DNA from: the human T2T-CHM13v2.0 reference genome, Homo sapiens
Length of the DNA: 64,000 bases
Assembly: GCF_009914755.1 (NCBI RefSeq)
Contig: NC_060928.1
Reading direction: 5' to 3' (one strand)
The position numbers and the translations under genes are program-made. Below the pieces are notes generated by a model, which worked only from the letters and a program-made list of their open reading frames with translations, was not told the DNA's origin and did not search any database. Positions 25,073 to 40,871 of this stretch are shown piece by piece (within the stretch, counting starts at the first letter, position 1; the number at the start of each line of letters is the position of its first letter).

Positions 25073-27453
25073 AGGCCTGGAGCCTATTTTCTGAAATATG
25101 AGCATGTGAAGTTATTTTTTGAACTGGAATGGATACACTGGTATCTTTCCAGACTCATTCATTAAGAATGAGAATTTTGGCACTTGATAAGAGTAGGCAT
25201 TTTTGTTTTTTAGCACCTATTTATAATACAATATATAATACAAATAGGCACTAGATAGAGATGCCCACTTACAGTTCTTTTGAAAGCATGTTCTAAGGCT
25301 ACAACAATCCCATCATGAAAAAGTGGGGAGAAACAGACATTTTCCAGCAGTGATCTTCCTTATTATGAATAAAGGTAACAAAGGTGGATTCTACGGATGG
25401 AGTGCTTTCTTATAGACAACTGTCAACGCTCTGGGATCCAATTCTCTTTCATTACCGAGTATACATTGCTGAAATTGTTCTCAGCTTCTTCACAAACTCC
25501 CTTCACATACTGGCCAAGCTATCACTCACTGTCTAACCACCAACCAACACACCTGATATTAATCATATGCTGGGACTCAGTCCATCCACCAAGCAAAGAT
25601 TCTTCATGGCTTTCAAGGGCAATTGTCAATATTCCAGACCCTAAAAGGCCCATCTGACCCAGTGCCTAAAATCAATATTAACTAAAAGTAGGAGGTGTTC
25701 TTTCCTCTTCCTTCCTCCAGGGAAAGAAAAGAAGAGGTGAACACAAAAGACAAGGGGATGAGGAATGAAAAGTAGCCATGGAAAAAAATAAGATAAATTT
25801 TGAAGGATAATCTAAAGTGATTTTTATCTGCCTGGAAACAAAATTAGGCCTTCAAAAAAAAAAAAGATGTTATTTATCCTACCTTTAGCCACAACTATAC
25901 TAATTATTTCCAATACCCTCAGACAATTACATGTTACTTTTGTACATTTCAAATTTTAAAAAGTTTCCATTCTAATTATTTTTTCCAGAAGGATTTCTTA
26001 GGAGATAGGTGAAAAGTTAGAGGACATGGGTGCCTAAAGAATCTAATAAATGCATTGATCCTTTTGCCAAAAAAAAAAAAAAAAAAAAAGGCAAATACCT
26101 ACCAAAATTGCACATACTTTTGAGGACTTCAGAGATTCCCTAAAATGCAATCATTGACTGTAGTTTAAGAATAATAGTTTATATTGGGAACCAAAGACTT
26201 TATTATCTCTCTCTCTCTCACCTCTCTCTCACTCTTTATCTCTATTTTAGCTAATCTGTCTATGTTCCTATGCATTTATCTATTTTATCTATGTACATGT
26301 GTGCATAAACTGTTATTTGTAATTATCTGTTATACCAATCAGTTTTAGACTTTTACCTCTCTGATTCAGTTGTTCTTTCTCCTGTTTCTATGATTGTGTA
26401 ACTCCACAGACCTATTTTGCACATTTACAGAAGAACTTTTCCTGGATGGAACATTTCATGGGTCTGGAGGCTGTAAAATTTTTAATTTAGTAAAACTTCA
26501 ACCTACTTAGATGGTTACTGCAGCTGTGTTACATAATAGGCCAGCTGAGAAATAAATAGTTATGAGATAGATTCATGGGTGTCTCTGGGAAAGAAAAAAG
26601 TTTGGCCAATTTTTGAGTTTTTGGGATAATAATGTAACAACAGCAATAAAAGTTTACCATACATGTCTGCATTTGTGACTCCTTCTGGGTTGAATAAATA
26701 ACGTCATTGGCTACATTAACTTGCTGTCATTTGAAAATGTAAGCCAATATTTGACATATATTTTATATGAAAATGTAGGAATGTTTTAATTGTGTTTTAG
26801 CATCAAGTTTAGTCACTTTCTTGATCACCAGTTAAATATGCTGCTTAGGCATTTAATTTTACAACACTCCCTTATCTTAACTTTTTTTCTTTTTTGTGTT
26901 AATTCTGTAAGTTAAAATCCATGCAATTATATTTGTTACCCCAAAGCAGCTGTGACAATCTCTTTTTTTGTCTGCCTAAGTCTGTAGGCAGCCGTGAAGC
27001 TTGTATTTTTTTTTTGCTTAGATTTAATATGTGCAAATCATTTAGAGAATGTGAGTAGGAGTTGCTTACGGTATGAAAACATAATTCTATATACACAAGT
27101 AGCTCTACATGAACTAAATAAATGCATTGGTGAAAGCAGCATGTATTAACTACTATGTGTTCTTAAAGAAAGTGTTTGAGATTTTTGTTTCAAAATTCCC
27201 TTCCTACTTAAAATACATTAAAATATACACTTGAAAGAAGCTATTAACATGGTACAAAGAACGTTTTAAAAATGTTTTTAATCCTTTGGAATTCTGGCTA
27301 ATGTCATTTCAACCAACATACATTTGGGGCATTTACGAACTGATGGACAGCATGATCATACGATCCTCCTGTGAAGTGTCCCTATGAGGAGTGAGTGTCC
27401 TCTCACAGTGTTGGTAGACATATTGATCCAGTCACCATCACTATTCGCTAGAC

Positions 27454-27733
27454 CAGGGGCCAGCAAACCTTTTCTGGAAAGATCCAGGAGTAAATATTTT
27501 AGGATTTTGTGACCATAAGGTTTCCACTACAGTTGTTCAACTCTGCCATGGTAGCGAAAACAAATGGATGTGGCTGTATGTCAATAAAATTTACTTATGG
27601 TCACTGAAATGTGAATTTTATATACTTCTCAAATATCAGAAATATTATTCTTTATTTTTTTCCAACCACTTAAAAATGTAAAAAATAAACAGTGAACCAG
27701 ATTTGGCCCGTGGGCATAGTTTGCTGACCCCTG
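27454..27733 (+). mobile_element. hAT-Charlie MITE, MER58B-like
   Basis: Terminal inverted repeats CAGGGGCCAGCAAAC / GTTTGCTGACCCCTG (14/15); 8-bp TSD CGCTAGAC / GGCTAGAT (6/8). Confidence 0.88.
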
Positions 27734-28213
27734 GGCTAGATAAAAAAAGCAAACCTATGAAAAGGAAGATGAAATACTGATATAAATCACTAATCCCCAC
27801 TGGTGCCACCAGAGCCAGAATTAGAACTCTGAGACAGCCTGTCTCCCCAGGCCATGGCATTATCCATTGCCTCAAAATCATGATTCAGGAACTATTTGCC
27901 AATATTTTTATTTAGAAGTTCCATCTCTGAATAATATCTATGCTTTAAATCACATTGAACTTTAAAAGTGTTAGTGACCAAACTGAAATCTCTTTTAAAC
28001 ACCATCTCAGTTCATTTGGAATTCTAGATTCTGACCAGAACTGAAATCTCTTATGTGACTTTATGAATACCATTAATAGGAGATGGGATGTGCCTAGCAT
28101 GAAAAACATGTCCCATATTTTATTCAGTCCACACAAATTCAGGGAGTTATTTACAAATATTCTGAGATTGAAGCAACTCTGGCAAGATCAAATAAGCTTG
28201 AAGTGTCTTCTAA

Positions 28214-28543
<330 letters not shown>

Positions 28544-28818
28544 TTGCATTAGTATCTTAAAGCTCTAAGTATCTCACAGAAAATAACAATACATTATTTG
28601 TAAGTAAAACAAACAAACAAGCTTATCTTCTTAGAGGGGTAGTTTGTTTCCCTTACCACCCATTTATTAACATCTCCCTGCCCCAAACCCACCAGTTTTC
28701 TTTTACCATCAGTATGAGAAATGTTCCCATAATATTAATATTTAATATTTACTGAAATATGTGTCAGGCCCTGTACTGATATATGTCAGGCATTATATAC
28801 AATGACTCATTTAATATA

Positions 28819-28822
<4 letters not shown>

Positions 28823-28869
<47 letters not shown>

Positions 28870-28925
28870 AGAGAGACTGGGCATGTGTGTGTGTGTATAT
28901 ATACATATATGTATATGTGTATGTA
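28823..28925. repeat. Compound microsatellite (CA)~21 (GA)~5 ... (TG)n (TA)n inside a MIR
   Basis: Read directly from the sequence. Confidence 0.95.
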
Positions 28926-29179
28926 TGCAAAACGGTGGTACAAATTCACATTTTTAATAAGTGGTAAAGCCAGGATTCACACCCATCTGCGCCCACAAAA
29001 CCACCACATGCTACAACCTTCTTATACCAATAAGAATATGGATAGGTTTATTATCTACACTACACTGAGGCCAAATATCTGAGACTTAAGAGAAACAAGG
29101 ATGACAAGAAGAAATGGGGTTATAGGTTTAAGAGTCAGTATACTCTGCATTTCATTCCTTTCTCCTCCATACTCACAGT

Positions 29180-29315
29180 CCTTGCATTGTCTGTGTTCTC
29201 TTCCTTCCCTATTAGATTGGAAGCTCTTGAGAAGAGACACCTTCTATCCCTACTGCCTAGCAGAGTGCTGTCATGTAGTGTATGCTTAATGCATGTTTGT
29301 TGAATTAATGAATAA
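29180..29315 (+). mobile_element. L2 3' end
   Basis: attagattggaagctcttgagaagagacac...tgcctagcagagtg...ttgttgaattaatgaataa. Confidence 0.7.
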
Positions 29316-29489
29316 ACAAGACTGCAGTTTTATCATCTATGGATTGATCACATTGGATTAGTCAAAGTTAGAGTTGTCTAGGTCTGAGTTATTTAACTTG
29401 ATTATTGACCTTTTTCCCAGTGCCTCCTGAGACTGGATCCTAGAGAAGTTCATTAACTTCTCAGACTCTACACGATTTTAAAAGTAGAC

Positions 29490-29752
29490 AACATTATAGC
29501 TAGATAGGAGGAAAAAGTTCTAGTGTTCTATACTACTGTAGGGTGACTATAGTTTGCGTTAATATATTATCATGTCAAATAGCTAGATGGAGGATATTGA
29601 ATGTTCCAAACACAAAGAAATGATAAATATTTGAGATGGTGGATATGCAAATTATCCTGATTACTCACTATACATTATATATATTTCACAACATCACTAA
29701 GTACCCCATAAATATGTACAATTATTATGTGTCAATGTTTTTTAATAAAAGA
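29490..29752 (+). mobile_element. L1MA (about L1MA1-3) 3' UTR fragment
   Basis: agctagataggaggaaaaagttctagtgttcta...cacaaagaaatgataaatatttgagatggtggatatg...gtaccccataaatatgtacaattattatgtgtcaa. Confidence 0.85.
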
Positions 29753-30494
29753 AAGTAGTACTCTCCTCATTCTTGAGTCCTTCATTAATACACCAATAGT
29801 GTCTTTTATTACTTTGAAAACAGAAGCTATTTACAAAGAAGTTATTTGCTGAAATAAATGTGATCTTTCCCATTGTTCTTTGTGATATGGTTTTAATTAT
29901 GCATTCTCAGGCCATTTGTGTTCACCTGCTTCTTTTATCCAATAATTGAAAAGGGCTTTCAATCTAATCAAGCTATGAAAATAGCAAAGTACTAAACAAA
30001 TGTCAGCTGCTGTTATTACAAATAGAGTTTGTCCAGGCAGGTCTTTGTCTATGGTAGGGCTTCTTTGAGCCACAGAAAGAGTGTGTTTGGGTGACTTGAT
30101 GGCCAGTGGAGAGAAAAACCAATAGGTTAGAAACGATGTCAGAATGAGAAAGGGGAATCATACTTCAAAGGAAAAGAAACAGATGAGGAAAAGGAAAATG
30201 AGTGTGCAGCAGAACAGCTGCTGATAATTAAGAGTGAGAGATAAGCTTGTAGCCAGGAGAGCACTGGCATATCACTGAGACCTGTGCCAACTCTCAGGGA
30301 ACCAAGGAAGGCTTTTTCTTTTCTTTTTTAATAGAAAACTGAGATGAAGTGGTCCTGAATGTTTCAAAAGATAAAACCCTAAGGACCATCTGCAGCCCAA
30401 TAATGCATCCCTAGGACTGTCAGGCTTCCTGGCTTTAAAATGGACCTTATCTTTATTTGCCTATTCATTTGTGGGTTCATTTAGCCCATGCTAA

Positions 30495-31226
<732 letters not shown>

Positions 31227-31409
31227 AGGCCTCACCAACTTGGTAGGACAGTCCCTAAACTGTTATTATGAAGGGGCACTGGTTTAAGGACTCTCTGGTC
31301 CCATATAGAAAGTTTTTCTATGAACTTGTGCTTGATTAGCACTGTTTTTAAAATAACATTTTCTGTGCCTTTTACAAGAAAGGGGAGTGAGTAGAAAGAA
31401 TCTTTAGTG

Positions 31410-31792
31410 TATTTTTTGGCTTTCTAGGGCTTCCATAACAAGTACTACAAACTGGGTGACATAAGCAACAGAAATGTATTTTCTCAGGATTCTGGAGGCT
31501 AGAAGTTCAAGATCAAGGTGTCAGCTGGGTTGGTTTCTTCTGAGGGCTCTCTCCTTGGTTCATCTCCTTCTCCCTGTGTCTTCACAGGGTCTTCCCTCAG
31601 TGCCCTTCTGTGTCCTAATTTCTTCTTCTTATAAGGACATCAGTTGCATAGGATTAGGGCCACCCTCATCACCTCATTTTAAATTAATTACCTCTTTAAA
31701 GACCCTGTCTCCAAATGGGGTCACATTCTGAGGTATTGGGGGTTTGAAGTTCCTTGTATGTATTTTGGGGAAACACAAGTAAGCCCATATCA
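31410..31792 (-). mobile_element. MaLR solo LTR, MLT1A/B-like
   Basis: ctagggcttccataacaagtactacaaactgggtg...ctggaggctagaagttcaagatcaaggtgtcagc...cttataaggacatcag...cacattctgaggtattggggg. Confidence 0.85.
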
Positions 31793-32498
31793 GAATTAAA
31801 AAGGAAATGAGACTTAACTGTTCTTCTAAAGGCTTCTCTATTTTAGGGGACAAACTTTCCCTCATGTTTCTGACTGACTGTTTGAGCTCCACCCTACTCC
31901 TCAAAGAAAGAAGCAGAAATCCAGACCTTGCTATATGTTCACCACACTATAATCCAGAACTCTACTTATTCCTGCCACAAATATTAAAAAAGCTGAGAGA
32001 TTTAGCAACCAAAGCATTAACTAAAAACACAGGAAATAAAAATGAGGGCTGCCCAGGGGAAGAACAAATATTGTATATCTAGCTATTTTTCCTGAAAATT
32101 GACCTTGGATTTAAAACTCTCTTCAATTTTACTCTTAGTGTTTTGTTTTGTTTTGTTTTTATCACTTTGCCCAAAGGAAATACATTGGACATCTAGCCTT
32201 AGTGCTGTTGTTATTGTCTTTATTTGTGTATTTTTTTTCTTTTTAAGTGAAGGTTAATTTTATTTGAGGACAAACTTCTCTCTAAAAGTGGTACACCAAT
32301 GCTTTAAATACAACTGTTATGCATCTAGACAGAGGCAGAAAGCCAAAGGGAGCACTTGATACATCTTATCCAGTTGCCCAAGCTTTCTGTAGTGAATTAC
32401 CAACTTGTCATTTAGGATATACAGGAGCAAGGGGTGTCAAGGCAGGCAATTAAGGCTTCTGGAAAACAATTAGTGCAGGGGCATGACATAATTCAGGG

Positions 32499-32529
<31 letters not shown>

Positions 32530-33129
32530 GCAGCAATCACATTGTCCTTCTCATGACTCATTATTTCTGATGTGTCACTTGCTTATCGGAATCACAGTGG
32601 AGATAATGACAAAACTGTGCTTGGAGGCTATTTGGCTCTGATCTCTGGGCTGTGATTTGTCATAATGGGTTCTTTGATTGAAAGACAAGTAACTCATTCC
32701 ACTTTGGCTATAACTGATGCAAATCAGTTATTATTTAAGTAGTTGGTTTATTTTGCATTTTATTTTCGATCATCCTGTCTCCCACACATAGCCTTACTGC
32801 CAACTTAATTTAATGGATATTCCCCTAATTTCCTAATACCAAGTATACAAAATTACTTATATCTGTTACTACAGAGAAACTGCCCCTTTTCCTTCCTAAA
32901 TCCAGTTCTTCATCTGTCTTTGAATTCCTTCCACTCCCACCTTTTCAGGAACCGTAATCTATTGATTGTACTGTTTTTATCTTGTTATGTAATTTTGGCT
33001 CCTGTGTGTATTCTCATAGGATTACAGGTGTGAGTACATTAATGTTTTCATTTAAAAAGCAAATGAATCTCATGCATACTAAAGTTTTAAAAATATGAAC
33101 ATACGATCATGCTATTAGTTCTCTGAGTT

Positions 33130-34245
33130 TATAAAAAAAATAATAATCTCTTAACCACACTTCTCCCATCATCCAGCACCTCACGTGTTTTGCTTCTTTT
33201 TGCAACAAAACTATACCACACTCATTCCAAGTTCTAGCTTTGTTCAAATCAACTTTTGTCCACTCATTCCACCAGATTTTTTTTTTACTAATGACATTGA
33301 TGACAGCTGATTTTTCTTTATCCATTGATTACGTTTTAATCCTCATAATAATTGCCCAATCAGAATCATTTGACCCAGTTGATTACTCCTTTTTTCTGGG
33401 TACACATTCTTCATTTGGCTTTTAGGACACTAACTTTCTCAGTTTTCATCCTACTCTATTGTCCCTGTCTCTTAGTCACCATTACTTGTTAGTCTTCTTC
33501 TCCCTTACCTCGTCATGTCAGAGGGCCCTTGGACTCAGTCTTGGTCCTCTTTGTCCTGGAGCACTGCAATATTCTACTAGCTTGTCTTCAGACTCTAGTC
33601 TTCCCTCACTCTCTTCTCTTCCATACACTGTAGCCAGAGTGATATTTTTAATAGACTTAATTTTTAGAGCAGTTTTAGGTTTATAAAACATTACATTAAA
33701 AAGTACATAGAGCTCCCATATACAGTGATATTTTTTATATTCAAGTATGATCAAGTCACCTCCTATTTTTTTAAAAAAATCTATCACCGTCTACAGGACT
33801 ATAGCCTATAACTACCCCCGATGTATTTTATTTTTCTCTCTTGCTCTGTGTACTCTACCACATTGACTTTCTTTGAGTTTCTCAAATGTGCAATGCATCA
33901 CGCTAACCATAGGCCCTTTATATATGCTGTTCCCTCTTTTTAGAATGGCTCCTCCCATCATTCCAAGATTCATAAGATAACTACTATTCATCTCTCAAAT
34001 GGTATGTCAATTGCTGCTTCTTTAGAAAAGAAACTCAATCCTCCCTCACAGGATGTCTTAACCCACTTTGAAGGCCCATGATCTGTACTTCTTGCCATTT
34101 TTCTTATAGAAATAATGTCTGTCTCTCACTCAAGATTGTAAGTTCCATGAGAGCTAGAACTTTGTTTTGCTCATCATCTTATTTCCAGTGTGCAGCAAAT
34201 TGCCTGACATGTCATAACCATTTATAAATATTTGTTGAACAAAAG
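33130..34245 (+). mobile_element. L2 LINE with a nested short L1
   Basis: cagaatcatttgacccagttgattactcc...ctagcttgtc...agattgtaagttccatgagagc...tatttgttgaac (L2 3' region). Confidence 0.75.
33650..33723 (-). mobile_element. Very short L1MC-like 3' end inserted in the L2
   Basis: aatagacttaatttttagagcagttttaggttt...agtacatagagctcccatatac, flanked by direct repeat AGTGATATTTTT (33638-33649, 33724-33735). Confidence 0.7.
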
Positions 34246-34985
34246 AAAGAAAGAAAGAAGGAAGGAAGGAAGGCACAGGAAGGTAGTGTAATGTAGAAAT
34301 GGGTAGCTTCTGGGGTTACTAATCAGAAACCCTGAGTGCTACACTAATTCTGTGATTCAATTCGAATCCAAAGTTTGGTTAAGTTAATCAAACATTTAGT
34401 AAGAATCAGCAATGAGCAAGATATTATGTGCCAAATTCTTATCCTCAAGAAACTATTGTTTATCATCCAATAAACATCAAGTAGAGGTGGAATTCTGCTG
34501 AACACTCAAGGAACACCGATCAAGTCCATTATTGAAGCAATCGAGTACTTACAAAACTAGTAAGTAGGTAGAGGAGAAGAGATTTTTGTTTCTGCTGTAT
34601 CTCTTAGGCAATTTCTCTAATTCTTGTGGCATCCACTTCCTCAACAGTTAAGTGAATGTTACACTGTGGAGCTAACAGATGAGACAATGTATGTGAATGT
34701 CTGTAAACTAGTGTCACCCAAATGAGGATGGTGATCTGTGTAAATTAGTATAAACTATCCCACTAGTCTACCATCATATGTGCCTAACTTGTCCTAAACT
34801 CAGCTTTCTTTAATGAAACCTCATTATTTCTAATGTGTTCAAATTCAATGATAAGTTTTAGTAACATCTTCTCTGTCATCTTTCCCCTAGTTGATGTGTG
34901 AAAATCAATTGATGTGAAGGTACTCAATGGAAAAAGAATAAGATGATCATTCTTTCACCAGCACACAGCTGGTGAAAAAATAATG

Positions 34986-35016
34986 GTTTTGTTTGTTTGT
35001 TTGTTTGTTTGTTTTT
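34986..35016. repeat. (GTTT)n microsatellite
   Basis: Read directly. Confidence 0.9.
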
Positions 35017-35721
35017 TGCATGATGGTATAACCTTCCTTCTCTAAATGCTGGAAGTCCAGACCTGAGTCATAAGTGACCCCTCTCCCCAGTGCCTATGAA
35101 CTGGTGCCCAAATGTAAAATTCACCCATTCTGTTCAGCCCTTTGTTAACCTGTAGACTCTAGTGGATTTGATTTCTGCTTCCTTTGAGATGAATATCTCC
35201 TGTACTTCCTGGAAGCCAGCAGTGCCATTTCATTAGCAGTCTGAAACACAAAGCCTCAAAGCCATCACTATACTACTGTTGGGATGACTCTTAATGGAAC
35301 TAATTGTTCATAGGAAACTCTAGGCAGCAAACTGGTTGTGGGCTCAGTCTAATGGTCACTGACTTAATTACACAGAAGGAGCCAAGCACAATGGCTCAGT
35401 ATGTTAATCGTGGCTGAAAATATGATCTCCATGCAAAGTGCAATATTGCCATGTTCTTGCTGCTCAAAATAATTGGGAGCAGCAAGGAGATGATAATATT
35501 GCACTTTTTCAACTATTTGAACCCTGGAGCTGTTACATGTACTCACTTTCATGACATTTGCAAATTCACTCTTTCTTTCAGGTCACTTATTTGAAAATAT
35601 GAAAAGGCATAGATTCCTAACACCAACCAACAATGTTAATAAATTGTATGGAAAGGGTTGATATAAAGGCTCTACAGTGAAAGGAAGGAAGCTGGCTCAT
35701 ACTTAGCAACATTCTACTTAG

Positions 35722-36715
<994 letters not shown>

Positions 36716-37214
36716 ATTTTTTAAAGGATGAGTTTTTCTCCCTCTGGTTGAGTCAGCTGCAGATGGCATAAGACCAGGCATGTTTCTTAAAAAGTCTCAT
36801 TCTTTAATTTTCAATAATTCTCTTGTCTGCCGCCTGCTGTCTATTTTAGCTGGAGGGAGGATCCCCAAGTTCTAGCCTGAGAACACCATGGATTGCCTTT
36901 TGATGTTATTAAAGCCTTGAAAATAAAAGAAGCATTTAGAGACCATGCCACACCTGACTACTCTGTTGACTGATTTTCTTGCCATGGCCTTGCCCCTTTC
37001 CTAGCTTCAGGCCAGGAGGACTGCTTGGGCTCCCTCACCTAGCTCTCTTCTTGCTTGCCTCCCTCTCCCCTGCCTCCCTGGTGCAGTAGGCTTTGTAATT
37101 TGAGTCTACCCAGAACCCTTCTATGCATTTCCATCTTCAGGTGGTCAATATGCATTTAACTGAACGAAAAGCTTAGGACTTGCCATAAGTCAGGGCATTA
37201 TCCTTGCATCCTCT

Positions 37215-38200
37215 CTGTTTCTCACACTTGACATCCAATCATCAACCAGTGGTGCTGATTCTGCTTCCAAAATATATCTCTGCTCGGTTTTCTTCTCTCT
37301 GTCTCCTGTTTCTTCTCATGTATACCAAATCATCTTTCTGTTAGATTTCTGCACTTAATCCTTCTAGAATCCATTTTCTTCCAAATTCCAGAAAGATCAT
37401 TTTAAATTGTGCTAACTGGCTGTGTAAAGCCTTCAACAGCTTCCCATTACACTCTCCATATCGTGAAAACTCCACGTTCAATCTTATAGCCTACAGGATC
37501 CCATCCCCTATCGCCCCTTGCTCCCATGCTCCAGCCACACAGACTTGCCACATAGTTCACGAATTTCCACAGATTTTTCAGATCGATGGCCTTTCACACA
37601 TGCTGGATCCCCTCCTTACAGAGTACATGCCTTTGGGTTTTGTTTTGTTTGTTTGTTTGGCTATTTCTTATCATTCAAATCTCTATTTAAATGCTTTCTT
37701 CTCAGAGGAGAACTTCTATTGAAAGTACCTACCTCCGATCTGGGATATTCTTTTTGTTGTTGTTGTTGGGGTTTTTTTTTTTTTAGACGGATTGTTCCTC
37801 TGTCGTCCAGGCTGCAGTGCTGGAGTGCGGTGATCTCGGCTCACTGCAACCTCCCACTCCTGGGTTCAGGCGATTCTCCTGCCTTAGCCTCCTGAGTAGC
37901 TGGGATTATAGGTGCCCACCTCCATGCCCTGCTAATTTTTGTATTTTTGGTAGGGACAGGGTTTCACCATGTTGGCCAGGCTGCTCTCGAACTCCTGACC
38001 TCAAGTCATCTGCCTGCCTCGGCCTTATATAGGGGTGAGTCACCCCACCCAGCCGATATTCTTTATTAGTCATCTTTTTCATATCTATTACAGAGTTTTC
38101 TATTCTGAATTTAATAGTTTGTTTAGCTATCTTTTACCTGTTTTATTTACCGTCATATACTGTGTGCTTGCTTGTGGTTGGCACTCAATAAAAATTGATA
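37215..38200 (+). mobile_element. L2 LINE split by an Alu
   Basis: acatccaatcatcaacc...ttctgcttccaaaatatatctc...gccttcaacagcttccc...ctccagccacacagac...ggcactcaataaa. Confidence 0.7.
37754..38054 (-). mobile_element. AluS
   Basis: Antisense Alu body; TSD GATATTCTTT (37744-37753, 38055-38064). Confidence 0.93.
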
Positions 38201-38449
38201 AATATGAGGACTATTATATTTCTTATCATCATCTCTCTTCTCGTCCTTCTTTCCTTCGTGTGAGTGGAAGATGATGTCATTCTTTGCATATTTTTGTAAC
38301 CCATGGCTTATTTTACCATGAAACAAGCTCTTCCTTGCAATCATCCTCACTTCAGAGAATATTTAACAATATACTGTTGTCTTATAGATGCAGCTCAGTA
38401 GTCCTACATTATCCCAGAAACACAGATTCCCTATGCATAAAAAAGCAGT

Positions 38450-38660
38450 AATGAAAGCTAACTTTTTTGAGTATTTATTCTGTTCACTATTGTATTCTTT
38501 AATTTAACAGTGCTTGTATTCTTTAATTTAATTTAACAATGCTATGATTTAAGGACATTATTCTCTTCATTTTACAAAGAAATTGAAGCTTCAAATTAAA
38601 GTAACTTGCCCTAGGTCACCAGCCAGTGAAATAGCAAATGCAGGGTCCCTTTCACATAAC
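38450..38660 (-). mobile_element. MIR SINE
   Basis: cattttacaaagaaattgaagcttc...aagtaacttgccctaggtcacc. Confidence 0.6.
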
Positions 38661-40871
38661 CATTTTGCTGTTCTTTCAGAAAAATCTAAACAAACCAAGA
38701 CATTCACAGGAGGTTTTCCTTCCTTCGGCACCAGAGAGGTGGTTATTTGTTTCCCACTAGGCACAAGAGAGAAGAAAAACACAACAGAAAACAATATTAA
38801 GATCATACTAGAGATGGGGCTAGAATGGCTTTTGCTGTTAGGAAAAATGGGAACATCTTAGAGACTCTATGGTGCTATCTTACTAAATTACCCAGAAGTA
38901 AAGAAAAGGGAGGGTTTTAAAATAAATAAATACATAAACAGGGTTTTTGTTTTCATTTTCAGAAATATCTCTAAAAGCAAATAGTTTTACAGCGATATCA
39001 TTATATGTGTTAAACTTCCAGCTCTCTGAGTATGACTTCTGCATTTTTATTTTTATTTTTAGATTCAGTTTTGTTCACTTGGGCATGTGTATGGCTTGGA
39101 GACAGGCAGGAATGCCAAAAAGCTGGTAGATGATGGCAACTGTGATGAGCAGAAGAACTCACTGCCTCAGTTACCTGGATGTGGGCCATTTTCTTTCCCT
39201 GGAGTTGGAGGGCGGGCAACAATGTTGAAACTGGCTGGAAGTTGAGAGAGAAACTGAATTTGTTTCAGGGCCTAGTGATATTTTAGTGCATAATTTTATA
39301 AAATAACAGCTCCATTCCATGAATATAGGAGAGGAAAAAGATTATTGAGAAAATAATTTTTTTACAGGCACTGGTACTTTTTTTTCATGTTTTGTGTTGT
39401 AGTTGCATTTTACTAGAGCAGCTGACACCATTCTATGTGGTCTGATTTTGTAGTTCAAAGACCAAAACCAAATAAAAAGATCTACTCTTTAAAAACTCTC
39501 TTTTCCAATGAGAGGATTATGGAAAAAGTGACAGTGATTGAAAGTCTGTGTTCTATTTGCCAGAGTGGGGGAGGGAGTGGTAAGGCAGGTTGACTGGGAT
39601 AGACCAGTCACGAAGGAGCTGGAACATTCACCCAGGCCCATTGCCATGTGACTTGTAGAAGGTCTGTGGGGAAGACACCATCTGCCACTGTTTGGCAGGA
39701 TTTGGCCACCATGGCACAGAGTGGGCAATTGTCCTCAACCTTGGAGGCAGAAGCTGGCAGCTGGCCAAAAGTCTGCTTTCTCCCAGAAGAGATAGGCAGT
39801 CACTGAGCCGAGATACTGATGATGTCTCTCTCTTATCGTGCAACATGGAGAGCGGGAGAAAATGAGGGAGGACAGAAGAGAGGAGAAGGAGGAGGAAAAT
39901 AAGAAAAGGAATACTAATTAACTCAGCCTGTCTATCCAGCTAAGCTTGAGCTTGATTTTGCTCTCTAGTTGAATGGAACATGCAACCTGAATTTCTGAAT
40001 AACAGAATTACCAAATTACTGTTTAAGTGTTTGAGAAAAAAAGGTGAAAAGTGTGTGTACTATATGTATAGACGTATAGATTGACATATAGTGAATTGGT
40101 TAATTGAATGTCTGCATCAGATAAGAAGGTGTTAGGTCAATTTCCACAATAATGCCATTAAAATCGGTTCTTTGATTAAATCCAATTAACAGATGTGGAA
40201 ACTGAGGTTTGTGACAAGGTTCAATCCCTGATTTCTGTGACTCCAAAGTATGTGCTGTTATTTAATGTTTATGTATTCTCTATTATGAATTGTTTTCAAG
40301 TTTTTTAAAATATCACTAGCTAGCCTGTACGTTTCTTAGGAGGCAAAAACAATTGCCTTAAATTTTGTTATATTTTAGTGCCATTTTGCACATAGGTTAT
40401 AAGCAACAGATAATTTCTGTAATCTTTAGAATATCGATTAAACTTGTTAAAATGTAGATATTTTGAAATCTCACACAGGACACCTAAATTATGTAAAATG
40501 TTATAAACTTTATGATTTACAGGGGCCCTGGAGATGGAAGTTCTGAAAAAATGTTGCCTTTATTCAGTATTAGTGCATTATCAGGGATTCCAGATCTCAG
40601 TTAAAATGAGAGAATCTGAATCTCTAGGCAATGATGAGTGTTTCTGAAATTCAGATTCACCAGAAAGAAATTGAAAGCAAAGAGAAGACAGTGTTGTCAA
40701 ATTATCATATAATTCAGCTAAAAAAAAAATCATGGTACTTAAGTGGGAGCTAGAGCACATCACTGCCTTTAAGAAGATATTTAGGGGAATAAAAGAGGTC
40801 TGGGACCTCGGAGGTGAAACTGAGAGAAAGACAAAGGGACTTCAAATCAAGCATTTGAAAGAGCCAATGAG

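Noticed and set aside
28783-29082. ORF with a poly-(HT) repeat
   Set aside because: Translation of a (CA)n microsatellite.
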